Source of the DNA: an uncultured Candidatus Rokubacteria bacterium
GTDB lineage: Bacteria; Methylomirabilota; Methylomirabilia; Rokubacteriales; CSP1-6
DNA length: 64,000 bases
Direction of reading: 5' to 3'
NCBI GenBank assembly: GCA_963747235.1
Contig: CAVVEU010000008.1
Location: forward strand, 608,001-672,000
How positions within the stretch are numbered: position 1 is the stretch's first letter; the number at the start of each line of letters is the position of its first letter. The position numbers and the translations under genes are program-made. The notes below the pieces were generated by a model. The model had not been told where the DNA came from, did no database searches, and worked only from the letters and a program-made list of their open reading frames with translations. Of the stretch, positions 36,823 to 47,559 are shown piece after piece.

Positions 36823-38694
36823 ATGAGTGACAGCGTGACCACGACCCCGGCGGCGCAGAAACCCCGCCGCACCCTGACCCGCGCGGTGATTCGCTTCGCG
36901 GGGGACTCGGGTGACGGCATGCAGGTGACGGGGGAGCAGTTCACGACCGAGGCGGCCTGGGCCGGCAACGACATCTCGACGCTGCCCAATTTCCCGGCCG
37001 AGATCCGCGCCCCCGCCGGCACCCTCTTCGGGGTGTCGAGCTTCCAGCTCCAGTTCGGCAGCCAGCGCGTCTACACGCCGGGGGATCAGCTCGACGCCCT
37101 GGTGGTGATGAACCCGGCCGCCTTCAAGGTGCACCTGGCCGATCTCAAGCCGGGCGGCATCCTGATCGTGAATCCCTCCGCGTTCGACAAGCGGAACCTC
37201 GACAAGGCCGGCTACGCCGCCAACCCTCTCGAAGACCCGAACCTGGGCGAGAAGTACCGCCTGCACCAGGTCGACATGGAGGGCCTCACCAAGAAGGCGC
37301 TCGAGGACATGCCGCTGAACGCCAAGGAGAAGGACCGCTGCAAGAACTTCTTCGCGCTCGGCCTCGTGTCGTGGGTGTACACGCGCCCGCTCGACCCGAC
37401 CCTGGACGCGATCAAGAAGCGGTTCGCCAAGCGGCCCGAGTTCGTGGAGGCCAACATCCGCGCGCTCAAGGCCGGCCACGCCTTCGGCGAGACGGCGGAG
37501 ATGTTCGCCGAGCACTACGGCGTCGAGGCGGCCGAGATGCCGCCCGGGACCTATCGCAGCATGACCGGCAATCGCGCGCTCGCGTGGGGGCTGCTCGCCG
37601 CCGCGGAGCGCACCAAGATCCCGGTGGTGTTCGGCGCCTATCCGATCACGCCCGCGAGCGACATCCTGCACGAGCTGGCGCTGCACAAGCGCTTCCGCGT
37701 GCGCACCTTCCAGGCCGAGGACGAGATCGCGGCGGCCACCGCGGCGATCGGCGCCTCCTTCGGCGGCTGCATCGGGGTCACCGCCTCGAGCGGCCCGGGC
37801 ATCGCGCTGAAGGGCGAGGCCATCGGGCTCGCGGTCACCGCGGAGCTCCCGCTGGTGATCTTCAACATCCAGCGCGGCGGGCCCAGCACCGGCCTGCCCA
37901 CCAAGACCGAGCAGGCCGACCTGATGCAGGCCCTCTACGGACGCAACAGCGAGTCGCCGGTCGTGGTGATCGCTCCGTCCACGCCGGGGGACTGCTTCTA
38001 CATGGCCTACGAGGCGGTGCGGCTGGCCATCAAGTACATGGTGCCGGTCATGGTGCTCTCGGACGGCTATCTGGCCAACGGCTCGGAGCCGTGGCTGATC
38101 CCGGATGTCAAGACGCTGCCCGACATTCCGGTCAGCTTCCGCACCGAGAAGGAAGGGTTCTTCCCCTACATGCGCGACGCGGCCACGCTCGCGCGGCCCT
38201 GGGTGCGCCCGGGGACGCCGGGGCTCGAGCACCGCATCGGCGGCCTCGAGAAGCAGGACGTGACCGGCAACATCTCGTACGAGCCGGACAACCACGACCA
38301 CATGGTGCGCACGCGCGCGGAGAAGGTGCGGCGCGTGGCCCAGGAGATCCCGCCGACCACGATCAACGGGCTCCCCGAGGGCGACGTGCTGGTGGTCGGC
38401 TGGGGCGGGACGTACGGCGCCATCACCGCCGCGGTGGAGGAGGCGCAGGCCGAGGGCAAGTCGGTGGCCGCGGTGCACCTGCGCTATCTGAATCCGCTGC
38501 CGCCCGACCTCGGGCACATCCTGCGGCAGTACCGCCGGGTGCTGGTGCCGGAGATCAACAGCGGGCAGCTCGTCCGGATCCTCCGGGCGGAGTACCTCGT
38601 GGACGCGGTGGGCTTCAACCGCGTGCGCGGCCTGCCGCTCGCGAGCCAGGAAATCTACGAAGCCATCGACCAACTGCTGGAGGCCAAGCGGTGA
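36823..38694 (+). CDS. korA: 2-oxoacid:ferredoxin oxidoreductase alpha subunit (KorA type)
   Basis: AGDSGDGMQ, YPITPAS, QAEDEIAA and QRGGPSTGLPTK motifs. Confidence 0.93.
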   Translation: MSDSVTTTPAAQKPRRTLTRAVIRFAGDSGDGMQVTGEQFTTEAAWAGNDISTLPNFPAEIRAPAGTLFGVSSFQLQFGSQRVYTPGDQLDALVVMNPAAFKVHLADLKPGGILIVNPSAFDKRNLDKAGYAANPLEDPNLGEKYRLHQVDMEGLTKKALEDMPLNAKEKDRCKNFFALGLVSWVYTRPLDPTLDAIKKRFAKRPEFVEANIRALKAGHAFGETAEMFAEHYGVEAAEMPPGTYRSMTGNRALAWGLLAAAERTKIPVVFGAYPITPASDILHELALHKRFRVRTFQAEDEIAAATAAIGASFGGCIGVTASSGPGIALKGEAIGLAVTAELPLVIFNIQRGGPSTGLPTKTEQADLMQALYGRNSESPVVVIAPSTPGDCFYMAYEAVRLAIKYMVPVMVLSDGYLANGSEPWLIPDVKTLPDIPVSFRTEKEGFFPYMRDAATLARPWVRPGTPGLEHRIGGLEKQDVTGNISYEPDNHDHMVRTRAEKVRRVAQEIPPTTINGLPEGDVLVVGWGGTYGAITAAVEEAQAEGKSVAAVHLRYLNPLPPDLGHILRQYRRVLVPEINSGQLVRILRAEYLVDAVGFNRVRGLPLASQEIYEAIDQLLEAKR

Positions 38695-39722
38695 GCTCTG
38701 TCACGGGAGTGCCCGGCGCGACCCCGAAGTACACCAAGAAGGATTTCGAATCCGACCAGGACGTGCGGTGGTGCCCCGGCTGCGGGGACTACGCGATCCT
38801 GAGCGCGGTGCAGAAGATGATGCCCGACCTGGGCATCCCCAGGGAAGACATCGTGTTCATCTCCGGGATCGGCTGCTCGAGCCGGTTCCCGTACTACATG
38901 AACACGTACGGCTTCCACACCATCCACGGCCGGGCGCCCGCGGTCGCCACCGGGCTCAAGCTGGCGCGGCCGGAGCTGAAGATCTTCGTCGTCACGGGTG
39001 ACGGCGACGGGCTCAGCATCGGCGGCAACCACCTGCTGCACGTGCTGCGGCGCAACGTGGACCTGACGATCCTGCTCTTCAACAACAAGATCTACGGCCT
39101 CACCAAGGGCCAGTACTCGCCGACCAGCGAGCTGGGCAAGGTGACCAAGTCCACGCCGATCGGCTCGGCGGACCGGCCGCTCAGCCCGTGCGCGTTCGCG
39201 CTGGCCGCGGGGGCCACCTTCGTGGCCCGGACGGTGGACCGCAACATCGCCCACATGGAGGAGACGCTCAAGCGCGCCTCCGCCCACAAGGGCGCCGCGT
39301 TCGTCGAGATCCTCCAGAACTGCAACGTGTACAACGACATGGCCTGGGGCGTGCTCTACGACCGCGAGTCGAAGGTGATGCACGAGCTGCGCCTGCAGCA
39401 CGGCAAGCCGCTGGTCTTCGGGCCGCTCGACGACCGCCGCGGGCTCGTGCTCGAGGGCGTCAAGCCGAAGGTGGTCAAGGTCAAGGACGTCCCGGAGAGC
39501 TCGCTGTGGGTGCACGACGAGACCGACGGCGGCACCGCGCTGGTGCTGGCGCAGCTCGCTTCCCCCGACTACCCGATCCCGATCGGGGTGCTCGCCAGCC
39601 GGCCGGGCGACACCACCTACGAGGAGATCCTGATCCAGCAGGAGCAGAAGGCGGTATCCGAGCGGGGCCCCGGCGACATCGCCAAGCTACTCATGTCGGG
39701 CGACACCTGGAAGATCGGCTGA
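38691..39722 (+). CDS. korB: 2-oxoacid:ferredoxin oxidoreductase beta subunit
   Basis: WCPGCGD, GIGCSSR, GDGDGLSIGGNH and NNKIYGLTKGQ TPP motif. Confidence 0.93.
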   Translation: MSSVTGVPGATPKYTKKDFESDQDVRWCPGCGDYAILSAVQKMMPDLGIPREDIVFISGIGCSSRFPYYMNTYGFHTIHGRAPAVATGLKLARPELKIFVVTGDGDGLSIGGNHLLHVLRRNVDLTILLFNNKIYGLTKGQYSPTSELGKVTKSTPIGSADRPLSPCAFALAAGATFVARTVDRNIAHMEETLKRASAHKGAAFVEILQNCNVYNDMAWGVLYDRESKVMHELRLQHGKPLVFGPLDDRRGLVLEGVKPKVVKVKDVPESSLWVHDETDGGTALVLAQLASPDYPIPIGVLASRPGDTTYEEILIQQEQKAVSERGPGDIAKLLMSGDTWKIG

Positions 39723-39761
39723 CCTCAGGCCTCTCAGGAGGCCTCGTGACCCTACGCAGAT

Positions 39762-39797
39762 CGCCGGCCCTCCTCCGGGGGGCCGGTGGTATTTTGT
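39762..39797 (+). terminator. Possible intrinsic terminator after korB (GC stem followed by GTATTTT); a second hairpin lies at 39727-39744
   Basis: CGCCGGCCCTCC/GGGGGGCCGGTG stem. Confidence 0.4.
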
Positions 39798-39815
39798 CAG
39801 CCTGAGACGCCCCCC

Positions 39816-41261
39816 ATGGCCCTGACTCCCCAGCTCCTCCGCGCGCTCCAGGACATCGTCGGCCCCGCCGGCCTCGTGATCTCCGCGGAGGGGCGGCTCA
39901 CCTACGAGTGCGACATGCACACGTTCTACAAGGGCACCCCCGACGCGGTGGTGCTCCCCGAGTCGGCGACGCAGGTGGCGGCCATCGTCCGCCTCTGCCG
40001 CCGGGAGCACGTGCCGATCGTGCCGCGCGGCTCGGGCACCGGCCTCATCGGCGGCGCGATGGCGCCGGAGGGCGGGGTCATGGTCTCGATGACCCGCATG
40101 AATCGCATCGTCGAGCTGGACTTCGCGAACCGCTGCGCCACCGTGCAGCCCGGCCTCATCAACCTGTGGCTGAGCCAGGCCACCCGCGAGCGGGGCTATT
40201 TCTTCGCGCCCGATCCCTCGAGCCAGATGGTGTCCTCGATCGGCGGGAACGCCTCGACCAACGCGGGCGGCCCGCACTGCCTCAAGTACGGGATCACCGT
40301 GAATCACGTCCTCGGGCTCGAGGTGGTCACCGGCGCCGGCGAGCTGGTCCAGCTCGGTGGCAAGACCCACGAGCGGCCGGGCTACGACCTCACCGGGGTC
40401 ATGGTGGGCGCCGAGGGCACGCTGGGCCTGGTGACCGGGGTGATCGTGCGTCTCACGCATCTGCCGGAAGGGGTGAAGACGATCCTGGCGTCCTTTCCCA
40501 CCATCGAGGACGCCTCGGAGGCGGTCTCCGCGATCATCCGGGCCGGCATCATCCCGGCCGCGCTCGAGATGCTCGACGAGGTCGTCATCCGCGCGATCGA
40601 GGAAGGCGTGGGCGCCGGCTATCCCAAGGGCGCGGGCGCGGTGCTGCTGATCGAGCTGGACGGCCCCACCGCGGAGATCGAGGCCCAGTCCGGCCCGATC
40701 GAGGCGATCTGCCGCGATCATCTGGCGCTCGAGATCCGCGTGGCCCAGAGCGAGGCGGAGCGGGCCCTGCTCTGGAAGGGACGCAAGGAGGCGGCGGGCG
40801 TCTTCGGGCGGCTCACGCCCAACTGGCTGCTCCAGGACGCGGTGGTGCCGCGCTCGAAGCTGCCCCAGATCATGAAGGAGGTCGCGGCCATCGGGGCGCG
40901 GCATCGCCTCGTCATCGCCAACGTGTTCCACGCGGGCGACGGCAACCTCCACCCGCTGATCTGCTACGACGACCGCGTGCCCGGCGAGCTCGAGCGCGCC
41001 AAGCAGGCGAACGAGGAGCTGCTGGGCGCCTGCCTGCGCCTGGGCGGCAGCGTGACCGGCGAGCACGGGGTGGGGCTCGACAAGCGGGCGAGCCTGCCGA
41101 TGCAGTTCGCGGACGCGGATCTCAACTTCATGGCGCGGCTGCGGCGCGTGTTCGATCCCGACTCCATCATGAATCCCGGCAAGCTGCTGCCCTCGCATCC
41201 CGCCTGCGGCGAGGGCTTCCGGCCCGCCGCGCGCCCGCTGCCCGCCGGCACCTGGATCTGA
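39816..41261 (+). CDS. glcD: Glycolate oxidase subunit GlcD (FAD-linked)
   Basis: PRGSGTG, APDPSSQ, NAGGPHCLKYG, HAGDGNLHP and GEHGVG motifs. Confidence 0.9.
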   Translation: MALTPQLLRALQDIVGPAGLVISAEGRLTYECDMHTFYKGTPDAVVLPESATQVAAIVRLCRREHVPIVPRGSGTGLIGGAMAPEGGVMVSMTRMNRIVELDFANRCATVQPGLINLWLSQATRERGYFFAPDPSSQMVSSIGGNASTNAGGPHCLKYGITVNHVLGLEVVTGAGELVQLGGKTHERPGYDLTGVMVGAEGTLGLVTGVIVRLTHLPEGVKTILASFPTIEDASEAVSAIIRAGIIPAALEMLDEVVIRAIEEGVGAGYPKGAGAVLLIELDGPTAEIEAQSGPIEAICRDHLALEIRVAQSEAERALLWKGRKEAAGVFGRLTPNWLLQDAVVPRSKLPQIMKEVAAIGARHRLVIANVFHAGDGNLHPLICYDDRVPGELERAKQANEELLGACLRLGGSVTGEHGVGLDKRASLPMQFADADLNFMARLRRVFDPDSIMNPGKLLPSHPACGEGFRPAARPLPAGTWI

Positions 41262-41263
41262 GC

Positions 41264-42575
41264 GTGGCCGTCTCCACGGTGGCGGTGCACGAGGCGCTGG
41301 CCGACATCGCCGGGCGCGAGCACTGCCTGCGCGAGGCGCCCGAGCTGGCCCGCCACGCCATCGACGGGATGATCCCCTCGCTGGTGGTGCGCCCCGCGAG
41401 CGCCGACGAGGTGAGTCGCGTCGTCACGCTCTGCGCGGCGGAGCGCCTGGCGATGGCGCCGCGCGGGGCAGGCACGAGCATGGGGCTCGGCAATCCGCCG
41501 CGCCGGCTCGACGTGGTGCTCGATCTCGGCCGGATGCGCGCGGTGCGCGAGTACGTGCCGGAGGACATGGTGGCGACGGTGGAGGCGGGCGCGACGCTCG
41601 CCCAGCTCGCGGCCCACTTCGCCCCGCACCGCCAGGCGCTGACGCTCGACCCGCCCGGCGGCGGCGCGCGCAGCGTGGGCGGCGTGCTGGCCACGCACGC
41701 CAGCGGGCCGCTCCGCTTCCGCTACGGCACCGGGCGCGATCTCCTGCTGGGCGCGCGCTTCGTGCAGGCGGACGGCACGCTCACCTGGGGCGGCGCCAAG
41801 GTCGTCAAGTCGGTGACGGGCTACGACGTACCGAAGCTCCTGGTCGGCTCGCTCGGCACCCTCGGCGTGCTCGTCGAGGCGACGCTGCGCCTGCACCCGA
41901 TGCCGCCCGCCTCGCGCTCGTGGCGGCTCGGCTTTCCCTCGCGGGAGGCCGCCGCCGCGTTCCTGGCCGCCCTGCTCGATTCGCCGCTCCAGCCCGATCG
42001 GGCCGCGCTGCTCGACGGCGCGGCCCTGCGCCGGGCCGGGCTGGCGGTCGATGCGATCGGGCTGCTCCTCTCGATCAGCAGCGCGGCGGAGGCGGTGGAG
42101 CACCAGGGCCAGTCCCTGGTCAGGCTCGCGCGCGAGCACGGAGGCCGCGGCGACGAGGTGCCCGACACGGTGTGGGGCGGCCTTGGCGCGGTGGTGGACG
42201 GGGCCCTCCTGCTGCGCGCGATCGGTGAGCCCCGGCGCCTGCTGGACTGGGTCGGGGAGGCGCACGAGGCGGCCGCCCGCGCCGGCGTCGAGGTGATGCT
42301 GCTCGCGCAGCCCGGCCATGGCGTGCTGCAGCTCTCCATCCGGGGCGGCTTCGACGCGGGCCGCGTCGTGGGTGATCTGGTGCAGCCACTGCGGCGCGCG
42401 CTCGAGGGGGAAGGCGGGCAGCCTGATCGTCGAGCGGGGGCCGATCGAGCTTAAGAGTCAGTGTGATGCGTGGGGTACTATCAATCCGGAAATATTGGCT
42501 ATCATGACCCGGATAAAATCCGAGTTCGATCCCGCGGGCCTGCTCAATCCCGGCCGCTTCGTGGGAGGCCTGTGA
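41264..42575 (+). CDS. glcE: Glycolate oxidase FAD subunit GlcE (apparent frameshift near 42420)
   Basis: GPLRFRYG..RD, GAKVVKSVTGYD.PKL..GS.GTLG; C-terminal K..FDP.GLLNPGRF in the shifted frame. Confidence 0.85.
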
Positions 42576-43857
42576 GCCAGACGCAGCCGGTCGGCTCCGG
42601 GCTCGGGGCCTTCGACGCCCAGGATCCGCCGTCCATGGATGGCCTTCGCGCCTGCGTGCACTGCGGGATCTGCCTGCCGCAGTGCCCGACCTACCGGGTT
42701 CTCGGCGAGGAGATGGACTCGCCGCGGGGTCGGGTCTATCTCATGCGTGCCGCCGCCGAGGACCGGATCGGGCTCACGCCCACCATGGCGCGCCACCTCG
42801 ATCTCTGTCTCGGCTGTCGGGCCTGCGAGACCGCCTGCCCCTCCGGCGTGCCATTCGGCCAGCTTCTCGAGGCCACGCGGGGGCAGTTCGAGCGCCGCGG
42901 CGTCACGGCGCCCACGCGCGACAGCGCGACGCTGCGGTTCATCCTCGGGACGTTCCCGCATCCCGGGCGGCTCGGGCCCATCCTCCACGTGCTCCGCATG
43001 TACCAGCGGACCGGCCTGCAGGCGGTGGTGCGCGGCCTCGGTCTGCTGGCCCCCTTCAAGAAGCTGTGGGCGATGGAAGCGCTGCTCCCGCGGGTGCCGC
43101 GCCCCGGCGCGCCGCTTCCGGAGTTGATCCCGGCACGTGCCCCTCGCCGCGGACGTGCCGGCCTGCTGCTCGGCTGCGCGCAGCGCTTCTTCTATCCCGA
43201 CGTCAACGCCGACACCGCGCGGCTCCTCTCGGCGGCCGGGTATGACGTCGTGATCCCGCGCGCCCAGGCATGCTGCGGGGCCCTGCACCTGCACGCCGGC
43301 CGCATCGACGAGTTCCGCGCGATGGCCCGGCGCATGATGCCGGCCTTCGCCGACGTGGACGTCGTGGTGGTGAACGCGGCGGGCTGCGGCTCGGCGCTCA
43401 AGGAATACGGCCACTGGCTGCCGGACGACACGGCCCGGCGGTTTTGCCGAGCGCGTGCAGGATGTTTCCGAGGTGCTGGCCGGGTGCGAGTCTGCCGCTG
43501 CGCGCCCTGCCGCAGACCGTGACCTACCACGACGCCTGCCATCTGGTGCATGGCCAGAAGGTCCGCGCGCAGCCGCGCGAGCTGCTGCGTCGCATCCCCG
43601 GCCTCACCCTCGTGGACCTGACCGACTCCGAGCTCTGCTGCGGGAGCGCGGGGGTCTACAATCTGCTCGAGCCCGAGATGGCCGGTGAGCTGGGCCGCCG
43701 TAAGGCGGCGCGCATCCGCGAGACCGGCGCCCGGGTGGTCACGGCGGGCAATCCCGGCTGCCTGATGCAGATCCACCAGCACTGCCGGGAGGCGGGGCTG
43801 GACGTCGAGGTCGTGCACCCGGTCACGCTCCTGGCCCGGGCGCTGGAGGAGCGATGA
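42572..43857 (+). CDS. glcF: Glycolate oxidase Fe-S subunit GlcF (apparent frameshifts near 43445 and 43491)
   Basis: CVHCGICLPQCP, CLGCRACETACP, CCGAL, YHDACHL and CCGSAG motifs. Confidence 0.88.
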
Positions 43858-44183
43858 AGATTCGCGTGCGGGATCACGTGAAGGTCGCGGCGGACAAGAT
43901 GGCCAAGATCGGCCTCTCCACCACCGCGCGTACCCAGCTCGATCTCTACTGCGTGGCGCCGGGCCAGGCGCAGACGCCCCACCGGCACGACGGTGAGGAC
44001 AAGATCTACTACGTGCTCGAGGGATCCGGGCGCTTCTCGATCGATGGCGCCGAGGAGCGGCTGGTGGCCGGCGAGGCGGTGGTGGCCGCCGCGGGCGTCG
44101 AGCACGGTCTCGTCAACGACTCGGCCGAGCTGCTCCTGGTGCTGGTGCTGGTCGCGCCGCCCCCGCCGCACATGAAGCGGTAG
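43854..44183 (+). CDS. Cupin domain protein
   Basis: PHRH..EDKIYYVLEG and GVEHG motifs. Confidence 0.85.
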   Translation: MKIRVRDHVKVAADKMAKIGLSTTARTQLDLYCVAPGQAQTPHRHDGEDKIYYVLEGSGRFSIDGAEERLVAGEAVVAAAGVEHGLVNDSAELLLVLVLVAPPPPHMKR

Positions 44184-44190
44184 CCGGCTC

Positions 44191-44931
44191 ATGGCCGCCC
44201 CGGTCCGCGCCTCGCTGATGATCACCTGCCTGGGGGACATGCTCTTCCCCGAGGTGGGCGTCGCGATGGTGCGGCTCCTCCGGCGGCTCGGCGTGCAGGT
44301 GGAGTTCCCCGAGGGCCAGACCTGTTGCGGGATGCCACTCTTCAACTCGGGCTACCACCACGACGCGGCGCTGGTGGCCGCCCGCACCGTGAAGCTCTTC
44401 GAGGGCGCGGAGCATGTGGTGGTGCCGTCCGGCTCCTGCGCCTGGATGGTGCGGACCGAGTACCCGGGATTGCTCAAGCACGATCCGGCCCTGCGCGCGG
44501 CGGCGGATTCGCTGGCCCGGCGCACGCGGGAGCTCTCGCAGTTCATCGTGGAGGTGCTCGGCGTCACCACGATCGAGTCGCCGTTCACGGGGACGGTGAC
44601 CTACCACGACTCCTGCCACCTGCTCCGCGGACTCGGCGAATCGGCCGCGCCCCGCGCGCTGCTCCGTGGGGTGCCCGGCGTGGAGCTGGTCGAGCTGCCG
44701 GGCGCGGACGAGTGCTGCGGCTTCGGCGGCTCCTTCTCGGTCCGGCTGCCCGAGGTGTCCTCGTCGATCCTCGACAAGAAGCTCGCGAACGTCGAGTCCA
44801 CCGGGGCGCGCTGCCTGGTGGCGTGCGACGCGGGCTGCCTCATGCAGATGGGCGGGGGGCTGTCCCGGCGCGGCTCCAAGGTGAAGGCGGTGCACCTGGC
44901 CCAGGTGCTGGCGGGCGAGGTCGACGGGTGA
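44191..44931 (+). CDS. lutA: Lactate utilization protein A (CCG domains)
   Basis: QTCCG, SGSC, YHDSCH and CCGFGGSF motifs. Confidence 0.88.
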   Translation: MAAPVRASLMITCLGDMLFPEVGVAMVRLLRRLGVQVEFPEGQTCCGMPLFNSGYHHDAALVAARTVKLFEGAEHVVVPSGSCAWMVRTEYPGLLKHDPALRAAADSLARRTRELSQFIVEVLGVTTIESPFTGTVTYHDSCHLLRGLGESAAPRALLRGVPGVELVELPGADECCGFGGSFSVRLPEVSSSILDKKLANVESTGARCLVACDAGCLMQMGGGLSRRGSKVKAVHLAQVLAGEVDG

Positions 44932-46334
44932 GCGACGCGCTGCTGCGGACGCCCTTTCCGGAGCGGGCCGGCGCGGCCCTCAAGGACACCTTCCTGCAGG
45001 AAGCGCTCAAGATCGCCACCACCAAGTTCATCGATCTCCGCAAGGAGTCGTTTGCGGGCTTCCCGCAGGGCGAGGCGCTGCGGGACCGGGCGCGCGCGAT
45101 CAAGGAAGCGACGCTCCAGCATCTCGACGTCCACCTGGAGCGGCTCGCCGACAACGTCGAGCGGCTGGGCGGGCACGTGCACTGGGCCACCACCGCCGAG
45201 GAGGCGCGCGAGATGGTGCTGCGCCTCTGCCGGGACCGCGGCGTGCGCATGGCGGTGAAGTCGAAGTCCATGGCCACCGAGGAGATCGACCTCAACGAGG
45301 CGCTCGAGCACGCCGGGGTCACCCCGGTGGAGACCGACCTGGGCGAGTACATCATCCAGCTCGCCCACGAGAAGCCGTCGCACATCATCGCGCCCGCCAT
45401 CCACAAGACCAAGGGACAGGTGGCCGAGCTCTTCTCGCGCGAGCTCAAGGGTAACTTCGAGGCCGACCCCGAGATCCTGACCGCGGTGGCGCGGAAGGCG
45501 CTGCGCGAGAAGTTCCTCCAGGCCGACATGGGCATCACCGGCGCGAACTTCGCGGTGGCCGACACCGGCACCGTGGTCCTCGTCACCAACGAGGGCAATG
45601 GCCGGATGGTGACCTCGCTGCCGCGGATCCACGTGGCGCTGATGGGCGTGGAGAAGGTGATCCCGTCCATGACCGACCTGATGGTCTTCCTGGCCATCCT
45701 GGCCCGGAGCGCGACGGGGCAGAAGCTCTCCTCCTACACGACGCTGGTGCGCGGGCCCCGGCAGGTGGGGGAGCTCGAGGGGCCGGAGGAGTTCCACCTG
45801 ATCCTCCTCGACAACGGCCGCTCGCGCCAGATCGCCTCGACTCTCCGGGAAGCGCTCTATTGCCTTCGGTGCGGCGCCTGCCTCAACGTCTGTCCGGTGT
45901 ATCGCCAGATCGGGGGCCACGCCTACGGCTACACGTATCCGGGGCCCATCGGCATCCTCCTCACCGCGATGCTCAAGGGCAACGCGTCGGTGCGCGAGCT
46001 GGCCCACGCCTCGTCCCTGTGCGGCGCGTGCAAGGACGTGTGCCCGGTGCGGATCGACATCCCGCGCATGCTGGTCGAGCTGCGCGAGCACCTCGATCGG
46101 GAGAAGATCGCGCCGTGGACGGAGCGGGTGGCGTTCAAGGCCCTCCGGCGCCTGCTCCTGTCGCCGACCGCCTACCGGCTCTCCGCGACGGTCGGGCGAT
46201 GGGCACAGCGGCCATTCATCCGAGACGGCCGCCTGCGCGGCCTCCCGCTCGTCTTCGGCAAGTGGACGAAGACCCGCGATCTCCCGCCGGTGGCCGCCCG
46301 GACCTTCCGCGAGCGGTGGACGGAGCTGCGGTGA
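44928..46334 (+). CDS. lutB: Lactate utilization protein B (Fe-S)
   Basis: KSKSM.TEEI, ETDLGEYIIQL, TNEGNG, CLRCGACLNVCP and SLCGACKDVCP motifs. Confidence 0.92.
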   Translation: MSDALLRTPFPERAGAALKDTFLQEALKIATTKFIDLRKESFAGFPQGEALRDRARAIKEATLQHLDVHLERLADNVERLGGHVHWATTAEEAREMVLRLCRDRGVRMAVKSKSMATEEIDLNEALEHAGVTPVETDLGEYIIQLAHEKPSHIIAPAIHKTKGQVAELFSRELKGNFEADPEILTAVARKALREKFLQADMGITGANFAVADTGTVVLVTNEGNGRMVTSLPRIHVALMGVEKVIPSMTDLMVFLAILARSATGQKLSSYTTLVRGPRQVGELEGPEEFHLILLDNGRSRQIASTLREALYCLRCGACLNVCPVYRQIGGHAYGYTYPGPIGILLTAMLKGNASVRELAHASSLCGACKDVCPVRIDIPRMLVELREHLDREKIAPWTERVAFKALRRLLLSPTAYRLSATVGRWAQRPFIRDGRLRGLPLVFGKWTKTRDLPPVAARTFRERWTELR

Positions 46335-47062
46335 CCGGCCGCGCCGAGTTCATCGAGCGGATCCGCCGCGAGGTCTCGAAGACCCCGGGTCTCTTCGGCG
46401 CCTCGACGGCGCCCCGCCCCGCCGATCCGATCGCGGCGGCGGAGACGGTGCGGCGCGAGCTGACCGAGCGGTGGCCGGAGGCGCTCGAGCGGTTTCGCGT
46501 GGAGTTCGAGCGCGTCGCCGGCGTGTTCCATCGCGTCCCGGACCTGGCCGCGGTGCCGGCCGCGATCGGCGCCATCGCCCGCGTCTACGGCGCGACGAGC
46601 CTGGTCACCTGGGACCCCGTCGCGCTCGGCTTCGACGCGGCGCCCGCGCTGACCCGCGAGGGCCTCGAGGTCGTCGCGGCGCGCGCGGGGGAGGAGGACG
46701 AGGCGGCGCGCCTCTGCCACCGCGAGCAGGCGGCCCGGGCCCAGGTCGGCGTTACCGGGGCCGACTTCGTGCTCGGAGAGACCGGGACGCTCGTCCTGCT
46801 GTCCGGCTCGGGCCGGCCCCGCTCGACCTCGCTGCTGCCCGACGTGCACGTGGCGGTGTTCGGTCGCGACCGGCTGCTCGAGACGCTGGAGCAGGTGGGC
46901 ATCATGCTCGAGGCCCTCCACGTGGATCCGGACCGATCCATGTCGGGCGCGATGATCAACTTCATCACCGGGCCCTCGCGAACCGCCGACATCGAGCTCA
47001 CCTTGACCCGCGGCGTGCACGGCCCGAAGGAAGTGCACGCGGTCTTCGTGGAGGCCCCGTGA
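46331..47062 (+). CDS. lutC: Lactate utilization protein C (LUD domain)
   Basis: ETGTLV, SLLP..H and ITGPSRTADIE..L..GVHGP motifs. Confidence 0.88.
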   Translation: MTGRAEFIERIRREVSKTPGLFGASTAPRPADPIAAAETVRRELTERWPEALERFRVEFERVAGVFHRVPDLAAVPAAIGAIARVYGATSLVTWDPVALGFDAAPALTREGLEVVAARAGEEDEAARLCHREQAARAQVGVTGADFVLGETGTLVLLSGSGRPRSTSLLPDVHVAVFGRDRLLETLEQVGIMLEALHVDPDRSMSGAMINFITGPSRTADIELTLTRGVHGPKEVHAVFVEAP

Positions 47063-47479
47063 GCGAGCGGAAGCTCTTCACCCCGGACGAGGTCAATCGT
47101 CTGATCCCGCGGCTGACCGAGCTGATGGAGACCGCCATCGAGCGCCATGGGCAGGCCCTGGCGCTGCAGGAGCGCCTCCGCGACGATCGCGCGCGGGTGT
47201 CGGCCTCCGGAGGCGAGCCACGCGACACGATGGACTGGAAGGCGCGCGCGGAGCGCCTCGACGGGCTCGGCATCGAGGTGCGCCAGGTCCTGCAGGACGT
47301 GCAGGCCATGGGCGGCGTCGTGAAGGATCTCGAGACGGGCCTGGTGGACTTTCCCGGGCCGCGGGCCCGCCGAGCCGGGCGGGCCGGTCGTGAATCTCTG
47401 CTGGAAGCTCGGGGAGGACGCGGTGCGGTTCTGGCACGGGATGGACGAGGGCTTCGCCCAGCGGAAACCGCTCCCATGA
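47059..47479 (+). CDS. DUF2203 family protein (apparent frameshift near 47355-47390)
   Basis: FT..E.N.L.P, VKD...GLVDFP, then shifted LCWKLGE..V.FWH...EGF..RKPL. Confidence 0.75.
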
Positions 47480-47559
47480 TTGGCGAGGCGCAGCCGAAGG
47501 CGAGCCGAGCGGATACATGATTGGCGAGGCGCAGCCGAAGGCGAGCCGAGCGGATACAT
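47475..47559 (+). repeat. Two exact tandem 41-bp family A units plus CAT
   Basis: CATGATTGGCGAGGCGCAGCCGAAGGCGAGCCGAGCGGATA at 47475-47515 and 47516-47556. Confidence 0.95.

Noticed and set aside
47475-47559. Tandem 41-bp repeats as a CRISPR array
   Set aside because: The units abut with no spacers, other copies are dispersed, and there are no cas genes.
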